Shown piece after piece: positions 22,801-33,352 of a stretch of 63,750 bases of DNA; position 1 is the stretch's first letter; the number at the start of each line of letters is the position of its first letter. A model generated the notes under the pieces. It made no database searches. It saw only the letters and a program-made list of their open reading frames with translations, and had not been told where the DNA came from. The stretch spans positions 13,082,001-13,145,750 of the forward strand of contig NC_083426.1 in assembly GCF_020745735.1 (NCBI RefSeq), in the 5' to 3' direction. Source of the DNA: Hemiscyllium ocellatum (lineage: Eukaryota). The position numbers and the translations under genes are program-made.

Positions 22801-24025
22801 AACAACCTCCCGGCCTGGCACAGCAACCTCACGGCCTGGCACAGCAGCTTCCCAGCCTGGCACAACAACCTCTCGGCTGAATATAACAACCTCCCGGCCT
22901 CGCACAAAAACCTCCCGGCCTGACACAACAACCTCCCGGCCTGGCACAGCAAACTCCCGGCCTGACACAACAACCTCCCGGCCTGGCACATCAAACTCCC
23001 GGCCTGACGCAACAACCTCCCAGCCAAAAATAACAACCTCCCGTCTGGCACAACAACCTCCCAGCCTGGCACAACGCCTTCCGGCTCGGCACAACAACCT
23101 CCCGGCCTGGCACAACAACCACTCGGCCAAAAATAACAACCTCCCAGCCTGGCACAACGCCTTCCAGCCTGGCACAACAACCTCCCGGCCTGGCACAACA
23201 ACCTCCAGGCCAAAAAAACAACCTCCCGGCGGGGCACAACAACCTCCAGGTGTGGGGTGACAACCTCCCAGCCTGGCACAGCAACATCCCAGCCTGGTGT
23301 CACAACCTCCCGCCCTGGCACAGCAACCTCCCGGCCTGGTGTGACAACCTCCCGCCCTGGCACAGCAACCTCCTGGCCAGGCACAACAACCTCCCGACCG
23401 AATATAACAATGTCCCGGCCTGGTGTGACAACCTCCCGGCCTGGCACAGCATCCTCCCGGCCGAATATAACAACCACCCAGCCGAAAATAACAACCTCCC
23501 GGCTTGTCACAACAACCTCCCAGCCTGGCACAGCAACCTCCCGGCCGAATATAACAACCACCCAGCCGAAAATAACAACCTCCCGGCATGTCACAACAAC
23601 CTCCCGGCCTGGCACAGCAACCTCCCGGCCTGGCACAACAACCTCCCGGCTAAATATAGCAATCTCCCGACCTGGCACAGCAACCTCCTGGCCTGGCACT
23701 GCAACCTCCCGGCCTGGCGTAATAACATCCTGGCCTGGCACGACAACCTCCTGGCCTGGCACAGCAACCTCCCAACCGAATATAACAACCTCCCGGCCTG
23801 GCATAACAACATCCTGGTCTGGCACGACAACCTCCTGGCCTGGCACAGAAACCTCTCGGACTGGCACAGCAACCTCCCGGCCTGGTGCGCAACTTCCTGG
23901 CCTAGTGTAACAATCCCCTGGCCTGGTATAGTAGTTTCGTGCCTGGTATATCCACCTCCCAGACTGGTGTAACTGCCTCGCACCTTGGTGTAACTGCCTA
24001 TCGGCTTGGTGTAGCCTCCTCACGG
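19858..24025 (+). repeat. 21-bp minisatellite (consensus CCTGGCACAACAACCTCCCGG) that reads as a PGTTTSR mucin-like repeat, frameshifted
   Basis: About 200 units. Variants include AATATAACA (NIT), GGTGTGACA (GVT) and GGCACAGCA (GTA). Degenerate 3' edge and internal higher-order duplications. Confidence 0.95.
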
Positions 24026-24029
24026 GGTT

Positions 24030-24745
24030 GGCAGAAACGTCACTGCAGCATGGTATCCTCAACCCTCTGTAAGGGTCTGGAGCAATCTCCCAGACCCATG
24101 ATCCTCGAGGTGAACATCGGTGTGTCCTGGAGACAGGGCAGACTGGAGGCTAGGGGTCAGCTTGTGATGGGTTTGGAAGACCGCTGTTCTAGAACTTACT
24201 GTTTTCGTTGGCGAGAAGAATATTGAGAGGTGACTTAACTGAGACACATAAGATAATCACAGGGTGAGGTAGGGTGGACAGTGAGAGCCATTTTCCTCAG
24301 ATGGTGATGGCTAGCACAAAGGGGCATAGATTTATATTGAAGGGGGATAGATATAGGACAGGTGTCAGAGGTAGTTTCTTTACTCAGAGAGTAGTAGGGG
24401 CATGCAATGCACTGCCTGCATCAGTAATAGACTCACCAAATTTAAGGACATTTAAATGGTCATCCGATAGACATATGAATGAAAATGGGATAGTGTAGGT
24501 TAGATGGGCTTCGGATTGTTTACACAGATTGGTGCAACATCTGGGGCTGAAGCGCCTGTATTGCGCTGTCATGTTCTCTGTTCTAGCCTTTTATTCTTGC
24601 AATGCTGGACATTTTATTTCTCTATTTTCCAAGATTTTGTAACTAAAGAAGCTGTGTCCAAGTATCTTGAACCTAAGATGGTGTTTTAAGTGGCGATGTA
24701 TAATCTTTTCACTGTAATTATTGAGTATGTGTGATAATAAAGCTA
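24030..24745 (+). mobile_element. CR1 3' fragment
   Basis: LFSLARRILRGDLTET and FFTQRVVGACNALP, typical of the CR1 ORF2 C-terminus. Confidence 0.75.
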
Positions 24746-25094
24746 ATTCTAATTCTAATTCTATCAAGCATAAATGCTTAACCCTCCAATTATCCCTTAA
24801 CTACAGACACAAACATATTCACACACATACACTCACTCTGTCAAATAGACAATGAAACAGATTTATCTGCAGGGATAATGAGTTGTTCAGTGGGAAAAAC
24901 ATAGGATACTTCAGAGTCAGTTGTTCTGCTGTTCTGGCAAGTATGGTCAAGTTTCTATTCGCACATGGTCATCTCAGAAGTCTTATAGCAATAGCATGCT
25001 CAAGAAATACTATGTTCAGAAGATCTTCTCATCATCCTTTCAGAAGCACCATCATGTTTGACCATAAACTGATGGAGAGGTTTGCTGTTTACAA

Positions 25095-26723
25095 GTGAGA
25101 GAGTCACAGCAATGCAGCATGGAAACTGTCCCTTTGGCACAACTGGTCCATGCTGCCCATAATAAAGAGTCACCCCTACTGCTTTTGGCCAATAGCCCTC
25201 CATACCATTCCCATTCATTAATTTATCCAAATATCTTTTAAATATTATAACTGTTCCGGCATCTACCAGTTTCTCTGGCAGTTCATTCCACACACAAACC
25301 CCACTCTGTGTAAAAATGTTACCCCTCATTCCTTTTTAAGTCTTGCTCCAATCACCCATTTTGAACTCCCCACCCAATCAAAAAGACCTCTCCTATTCAC
25401 CTTATATATGACCCTCATGATTTTATAAACTTCTGTAAGGTCACCCCTCAACCTACTATGCTCCAGTGAAAAACGTCCCAACCTATCCAGCCTATTATTA
25501 TAACCCTGTTTTCTTGTCAATTAAGAGGCACGTCAGCTCTTGTTTGAGCAATACAGAACAGTACAGCTCAGTACTGACCCTTCAGACCACAATGTTGTAC
25601 CGAGCATTTATCTTAATCTCAGATCAATCGAACCTACACACCCCTTAGTTTATTGCCATCCATGTGCTTGTCCAGCAGTCGCTTAAATGTCCATAATGTC
25701 TCTGACTCTACTACCCCTACTGGCAGTGCATTCCACGCATCCACCACTCTCTGGTAAAGAACCAACCTCTGACATCTCCTGTATACCTTCCTCCATTCAC
25801 CTTAACATTATGACCCGTCGTGACAGCCATTTCTGCCCTGGGGAAATGTCTCTGGAGATCTACTCTATCTAAGCTACTCAGTACCTTGTCTACCTCTATC
25901 AAATCATGCCTCTATCAAATTATGGACAATCAAATTCTGCAAAGACACTAGGGAAGAAGATACATGGCCAACCCCTGGCCTAAGCTTACCTCAGTCTTGG
26001 CCAACATCTGTCATCCACACAGTCAGAAACTGGGGAAGAATCATCTTCATAGATTGCAAGGAATGTTATTCTGGGAGTTAGCGCTGTGATAGACAATGAG
26101 TTGATTGGATGGTTATATTCCTGCTTTTGAAGAATATTTCGTAGAACAAAGACAAGAAACAAAGAACAAAGAACAGTACAGTATAGGTGCAGGCCCTTCA
26201 GCCCACCAAGACTGGACTGACATATGACACCTTTCTAAACTACAAACCTGTGGTCTCTTTGCGGTTCACAACCCTCTAGTCGCTGCCTATCTGTGGATCT
26301 GTCAAGATACCTCCTAAACATTGCTGTTCTGTTTCTACCTCCTCATCTGGCAGCATATTCCATGGACTTGTGTAAAACACTTGCATCTCTTTTAAACTTT
26401 CCCCTTTTACCTTCAATCTGTATCCCCTGGTAATTGATATTCCTACTCTGGGGAAAAATCTCTGAACATCCATTCTGTCCACGCCTCTCATAATTTTGAA
26501 ACTTCTATCAGGTCGTCCTTCAGCCTCCAATGTTCAAGTGAAAGCAAACCACATTTCTCCAATCTCTCCTCATAGTTAATACCATCCAAACTGAGCAAAC
26601 CTGTTCTGCAACTTCTCCAAAACCCCCACATCCTTCTGATAGTGATCAGAACTGTACACAATATTCCAAAAGTGCCTTCACTGAAGTTCTATACAGCTGC
26701 AACATGTCTTGACAATATTTATG
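25095..26723 (-). mobile_element. Cluster of degenerate CR1 3' fragments; the last one continues at 28203
   Basis: Contains RLDRLGRFSLEHSRLRGDLTEVYKIM, FFTREW and RFFPRVG..RGYRLKV. Confidence 0.75.
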
Positions 26724-28202
26724 TAAAAAGTGAGGTCTGCAGATGCTGGAGATCAGAGCTGAAAATGTGTTGCTGGTTAAAGCGCAGCAGGTCAGGCAGC
26801 ATCCAAGGAACAGGAAATTCGACGTTTCGGGCCAAAGCCCTTCATCAGGAATGAGGAAAGTGTGTCCAGCATGCTAAGATAAAAGGTAGGGAGGAGGGAC
26901 TTGGGGGAGAGGCGATGGAGATGTGATAGGTGGAAGGAGGTAAAGGTGAGGGTGATAGGGCGGAGTGGGGTGGGGGCGGAGAGGTCAGGAAGAAGATTGC
27001 AGGTTAGGAGGGCGGTGCTGAGTTCAAGGGAATCGACTGAGACAAGGTGGGGGGGAGGGGAAATGAGGAAACTGGAGAAATCTGAGTTCATTCCTTGTGG
27101 TTGGAGGGTTCCCAGGCGGAAGATGAGGCACTCTTCCTCCAACCTTCATGTTGTTATGTTCTGGCAATGGAGGAGTCCAAGGACCTGCATGTCCTCGGTG
27201 GAGTGGGAGGGAGAGTTAAAGTGTTGGGCCACGGGGTGTTTGGGTTGGTTGGTCCGGGAGTCCCAGAGGTGTTCCCTGAAGCGTTATGCAAGTAGGCAGC
27301 CCGTCTCCCCAATATAGATGAGGCCACATCGGGTGCAGCGGATGCAATAGATGATGTTTGTGGAGGTGCAGGTGAATTTGTGGCGGATATGGAAGGATCC
27401 CTTGGGGCCTTGGAGAGAAGTAAGGGAGGAGGTGTGGGCGCAAGTTTTGCATTTCCTGCGGTTGCAGGGGAAGGTGCCAGGAGTGGAGGTTGGGTTGGTG
27501 GGGGGTGTGGACCTGACGAGGGAGTCACGAAGGGAGTGGTCTTTGCGGAATGCTGATAGGGGAGGGGAGGGAAATATATCCCTGGTAGTGGGGTCCGTTT
27601 GGAGGTGGCGGAAATGACGACGGATGATACGCTGTATACAGAGGTTGGTGGGGTGGTAGGTGAGAATCAGTGGGGTTCTGTTCTGGTGGCGGTTGGAGGA
27701 GCGGGGCTCAAGGGCGGAGGAGCGGGAAGTGGAGGAGATGCGGTGGAGGGCATCATCGATCACGTCTGGGGGGAATCTGCGGTCCTTGAAGAAGGAGGCC
27801 ATCTGGGCTGTACGGTGTTGGAACTGGTCCTCCTGGGAGCAGATGCGGCGGAGACGAAGGAATTGGGAATATGGGATGGCGTTTTTACAGGGGGCAGGGT
27901 GGGAGGAGGTGTAGTCCAAGTAGCTGTGGGAGTCAGTCGGTTTATAGTAGATGTCTGTGTTGATTCAATCGCCCGAGATAGAAATGGAAAGGTCTAGGAA
28001 GGGGAGGGAGGTGTCTGAGACAGTCCAGGTGAATTTGAGGTCGGGATGGAAGGTGTTGGTAAAGTTGATGAACTGTTCAACCTCCTCGTGGGAGCATGAG
28101 GCAGCACCGATACAGTCATCGACGTAGCGGAGGAAAAGGTCGGTGGTGGTGCCAGTGCAGTTGCAGAAGATGGACTGTTCCACATATCCTATGAAATGTC
28201 AG
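26724..28202 (-). mobile_element. 5'-truncated Neptune-type Penelope element with a 16-bp TSD
   Basis: RYVDD RT motif, AIPYSQFLRLRRICS, PCNRRKCKTC linker and IIYCIRC..YIGETG GIY-YIG. CTTGACAATATTTATG at 26708-26723 and 28203-28218. Confidence 0.92.
26817..26852 (-). ncRNA. Minimal type-I hammerhead ribozyme motif in a Penelope terminus
   Basis: Minus strand ATTC CTGATGA A GGGC TTTG GCCC GAAA C GTC GAAT: intact core, 4-bp stem II, GTC triplet and ATTC/GAAT stem I. Confidence 0.7.
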
Positions 28203-29050
28203 CTTGACAATATTTATGCCCTGTCCTCTGACCAGTAATGACAAGCAAGCGACGTGCATTCCTGACCACCTGGTCCACTTGTGTTGCTACTTTCAGGGAA
28301 CTCTGGACCTGTATGCCGAGATACCTCTGTATGTTACAGCATGTAAGCTTTCTGCCATTTACCGTATCCTTTCCAATTGCAATACACTTTCCAAAATACA
28401 TCACATCACATTTGTCTGGATTAAGATCCATCAGCTATTTCTCCACCCAAGTCTCCAGCCTATCTACATCCTCTGGCAATCTCTCTCACAAGCTGCAACT
28501 TCATAGTCTTCGTGAAACCTGAAAACTTCTAAATGACACCTCCCACATTCTCCAGTGAATATTTTTAACGGGCAGTGCGGGCAGTTCCTGAACTATGAGA
28601 TTGGAGGCTGTGGATGGGAGATTCCCTCAGGTGATGAGGTTGTGGATGGTCCTGACTCTGACCATCTTCTCCCATAACTTTCTTGCCATTGACCTAAGGC
28701 TCACTGGCCTGTAACTTCTTGCATTATCCCTGTTGTTTTTCTTAAACAAAGAGACAACATTAGCTATTCTCCTCTTGGACCTCTACTGTGATTAAAGAGG
28801 ATCCAACAATTTTCCACAAGGTCCCAGCAATTTCCTCCAACTTCACCCTCTGAGATAGATCCTGTGGATTTGTCTATCTGAATTTTTTTTTCAAATGTGC
28901 ATTCCTTTCCGTCTCCTGCTTGTTCCTCAGTGAGTCCAACTGCCAATCCAACCAATCCATGAGGGTCTGACAGGACCTGCAACCGGACACACTTCCTGCA
29001 GATGGAGCTATTCAAATTGCCTCTGATTTCCCACATTCCACAGGAAAAAA

Positions 29051-29372
29051 TTAGATTAGATTAGATTAGATTACTTACAGTGTGGAAACAGGCCCTTCGG
29101 CCCAACAAGTCCACACCGACCCGCCGAAGCGCAACCCACCCATACCCCTACATACACCCCTTTACCTAACACTACGGGCAATTTAGCCTGACCAATTCAC
29201 CTGACCCGCACATCTTTGGACTGTGGGAGGAAACCGGAGCACCCGGAGGAAACCCACGCAGACACTGGGAGAAAGTGCAAACTCCACACAGTCAGTCGCC
29301 TGAGTCAGGAAATGAACCCGGGTCTCAGGCGCTGTGAGGCAGCAGTGCTAACCACTGTGCCACCGTGCCGCC
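29051..29372 (-). mobile_element. Young HE1-like SINE present only in duplication copy 2
   Basis: Full head-to-(TCTAA)n structure with CpGs retained. The paralogous site at about 830 (AAAAAATTACTACAACGC) is empty. Confidence 0.85.
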
Positions 29373-29610
29373 CTCAACGCTGACTTACATTTTGACGCTC
29401 TAGCAGCTATTCAATTAAATATAAATTTTGATTCAATTAGTTTACTGCTAACATGATGGTTCCTAGTGCTAGAATCCCAATCAAGAATATTAAATGCACT
29501 ATTCCCTAAACAACGGTCTAGGTATTACTCTCAATTCCACTCAACACGACCACTCACTCACATCCCACTGCTCTAAAACCTTTCGAGTATTGTCGTGAAT
29601 GGGACCATGG

Positions 29611-31895
29611 CCTGGTGGATTTCATTGATAATAAGATCCCTGACTGGGGCTGTTACTTGGCCCAAACAGGGAGCTCCAGCTGACAAAGAGATTCACAAAA
29701 CTGGATAAATACCCGATCCCTCGTCTCGAGGACTTGGTGCAAAATAGACAGTAGGCTGTCCTTCATGAAGCTGGACGTGAGCTACATCTACCTGCAATGG
29801 GGTCTGGATGAAGAGTCCCAGAACTGCACCACAGTGAATACCCATCAGGGATTGTACCAATATACAAGCTTGCCTTTTAGAGTATCATCAGTCTGTGTCC
29901 TTTTCCAGTGGACCATTTAGAACATTTTACAAGGGCTACCCAGGGTTGCCATTTATCAGGATGAGGTGCTAATATTTGGAAAGACCAATAAAGAGCATAT
30001 GGAGAAATTGGACATGGTGTTTAAATGTTTCTCCCAGGTGGGCATGCACCTTAAAAGGCAGAAATATGTATTCCAGGTTCCCCCAGTGACCTATTTCAAC
30101 TACAAAATCAACAAAATCAGGTTACACCCATTGGAAGATAAAGGGAGGGCAATCAAAGTTGCCCCCACTCCCACTTCTATACTGGAGCTGAGGTCTTTCC
30201 TGAGGTTGGTGAAGTATTACAGGACATTCATCCAGAAACTGGCCTCCAACCTTGCAGCCTTCCACCTGCTATTGATAAACAGTCAGCCTTGAAAATGGTC
30301 GTGTCAACAAGCAATAACCTTTATGGAAGTGAAAAAGCTCTTATCGCAATCTAAGTTATTGTCTGACTATGATCCCAATGAGAGGTGGTGCTGACATGCG
30401 GTGTTTCCCCGTACAGCATCAGGGTAGCGTTGTCTCCCCAGTGGCTCAGCAGAGAGGAATAGCCGTCAGCTTGTACTATCCAGACTTTGGCTGATGCTGA
30501 ACACGAAGACTCCCAGATAGAGAAGGAAGATGGTGATGTCATCTTTGATGTAAGAAAGTTCCACCAATACCTTCACAGATGTAAATTTGTCATGGTAATG
30601 ACACACAAACACCTGTTAGGGTTATTTAAAGAACACAAGGATGTGCCACCCATAGCTTCTGGGCAAATTCAGTGGTAGGCCCTTACTCTCAGTGTGTACC
30701 ATTACCAGTTGGAACACTGTCCAGAAGGTCAAATGGCAAACTTGAATGTGTTAAGGCCTCCCACCCAAATGGCAGATATACCATCGGTGGTGCCTCCCCG
30801 GGACAGTCCCTGCTGGTTTTAAACTTCCTGGACATCTTTCTGGTCACCGTTGACGATGTCCAACTGTGGACACATAACAATCCTGGCAAACTTAAACAGA
30901 TGGAGGTAATTGGGAAACAAAAGGGCCATGAGAACCCAGACTGAAACCTTTCTGGACCCGGTGAAACCAGACCACTGTAGGGTACAGCATGTTCCTATGG
31001 GGAGCATGACTGATTATCCCGAGAAAAGATCCCTGCCAGATACTGGCTGAACTGAAAATGTGTTGCTGGAAAAGTGCAGCAGGTCAGGCAGCATCCAAAG
31101 AGCAGGAGAATCAATGTTTCGGGCATGAGCCCCTTTTCCAGCAACACATTTTCAGCTCTGATCTCCAGCATCTGCAGTCCTCACTTTCCCCTCGAAGATA
31201 CTGGCTGAACTCAAGCCGGGACTTCCAGGGGTTTCCAAGATGAAGATGTTGGCAAGGCATTCTGTCCGATGGTCAGGATTGTTCCCGTGACATACAAAGT
31301 TTGGATAAGTGAGGCGATCCTGAACAAATCTGGATCAGCTGAAAGCTGCTAACATGCAAATGGGGCAGGAGCAAAACATACCCAGCCCCTCACAACAGCC
31401 AGAAAGGCTGTCAGAAGTTGTGGCTTCTAGTTGGTGACCTCAGAGTCCAGGTAGGAAGCAGACTCGATCCCATCACAATTGGAAAATGAGGAGGGAACTC
31501 TCCCAAGACACTCTGAACACAAGAGATGGGTTATAGCCTCGTACACATGGCCCATTTCCAGGTCCTAGTCAGAAGGACAGATCGAGGGTGAAAACATCTC
31601 AGGAAGAGAAGCTACAAGAGAAAGGATGGGCCTACATCCCCGGATTTAGAGGGGGAGGAACGTAGAGGTGGGTACCGTGACCAAGTGGATCTTATTGATA
31701 ATGAGATCATTGATTGGTGTTGTTAGCCTGCACCAATCAAGGAGCCTTGGCTGACAGATATAAACAGGAGATTCAAAAGGGCTCTTCAATCTATGGATTG
31801 TCTTGGAGCTGACTGGTCACAGCCTATGTCTGTTTACATGTAAATAAAGGGGGACTTGGTGACAGGATACTGGCCTCTTTGCCGTTATTCCAACA
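29611..31895 (+). mobile_element. Duplicate copy of the degenerate Gypsy element (3' LTR 31661-31895)
   Basis: Paralog of 1051-3326. Confidence 0.85.
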
Positions 31896-32029
31896 ATAAA
31901 GGCAGTTATGTGATGTGATGAAGTGCAGCTCCCAGATCAGCAGCTGTCCCTTCACTGTTACCATGGTGAGTGATTCAATAGCGAAGGGTTTCTATCTATG
32001 AATGTGTGAGAAAGCACCCAAACACTTAA

Positions 32030-32125
32030 TGAGGAACTCAGGAAGTGACCCAAGGTGATCTCACAGATTGTTAAAGAGGAACTGGGCAACTGTAATATGA
32101 AGCAGGAAGTGACAGATATAACTGG
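32030..32125 (+). promoter_or_regulatory. Putative proximal promoter of gene B with ETS/PU.1-type sites
   Basis: CAGGAAGTG at 32039-32047 and 32103-32111, and AAAGAGGAACTG at 32073-32084. Motif match only. Confidence 0.5.
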
Positions 32126-32206
32126 GAGTAAACTAATTCAAACACTGCTCTCCTAACAGACAATATCTGAACAGTGAGAATTCACCCACAAGAAACATCT
32201 GGAGTC

Positions 32207-32246
32207 ATGAAAATAATTGTGTTTTTCATTCTTATCTCAGTGTCGA
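32207..32246 (+). CDS. Gene B exon 1: signal peptide (MKIIVFFILISVS)
   Basis: Paralog of 3723-3762 with one synonymous change (TCA/TCG). Donor GTAAGT. Confidence 0.88.
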
Positions 32247-33352
32247 GTAAGTATCCTTTCAGATCTCGATTTTCAGTATAATTAAAATGTACGTTTTAAA
32301 TAAGAGCTGAGAAAGACCAGGAATGTTTATTGACACAGTGGCCAGTTAGTTTGTGAGGGAGTTAATGAGTAGTTACTGACATGTTGTTTGGAAAGTTGGT
32401 ATTGTGGGTGAGGTCAGGCTGTTCCCCAGCATCACCCGCCTGGTTTTGTGTCTCTCTGTGGGATCCCACTGAACCTGAATGTTTCTGTCCTGTCTCAAAC
32501 CAGAGTTCCTCGTCAGTGCTAACACAGTAACTGCAAGTTTTTCTTTGAAGTAACGAAGGTTGTACAATAGGGCAGCTTAACCCACCCAAAGTCCTTCAGA
32601 GAAGGGAGGGCTGTGGCACAATGGGGTTGTTCATGGTCACGTCATCCAGAGACCCAGGCTCAAGTCACACAGTGGTGGATGGAGAGACCTGAACTTCACA
32701 AATCTGGATATCTATCGGACCCTTTAGGGAAGGAAATCTCCTGAATGACATGTCATTGCAGACTCACAGCGATGTGGTTGATGTACAACTGCCTTCGAAA
32801 TTCAGAATGTACTCAGCTCAGGGATAATTACAGATAACCAACTTGGATGGTCGTAGTAGCTACATCCCAGAAAAGGATTTATGAAATGAGCTTCAAAATG
32901 TAAAATTTGGCTCAGCATCCAATGTGATCACTGAACGCAGTATCATGCCTCCTTCTCTTGGTACCCAAGTGCAGACTGAGAAACGATGGCTAATGGCTGA
33001 GAAAGCAATTTCATTTGAAATCAATGATTATCACCATGGACACAAACTCCTTCTTGTTATTCAGGACAGAATACCAGAGAGTGGCCCCTCATTCCAGAGG
33101 TTCACTTGCTGAGGAATATTGGCCACAGACACTAACAACGTCAACAGCCTGTCTTCTTTTACAAGGAATAATTGAATGGAGGAAAAATTTAAAACATCAA
33201 TATATTTCTGAATGCCATGAACAAACCAGGGGCTGAGTTTTTCCAACCCACCTTGAGCAAGTGCACATTGGGGGCATCAAGTTCCATTTCCCAGGCCCAT
33301 CCCAATGCCCACAACTTTCTCCGCGCTTACAAATGGACAGACAGAGAAAAAC

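Noticed and set aside
19858-24025. CRISPR-like array
   Set aside because: The units are contiguous with no unique spacers, there are no cas genes, and the context is vertebrate.
19725-24062. Many long minus-strand and off-frame ORFs (REVVVPG, GRLLCQA, GGCCARP repeats, up to 497 aa)
   Set aside because: They are by-products of a stop-poor 21-bp GC-rich tandem repeat, with no domain, splice or start context.
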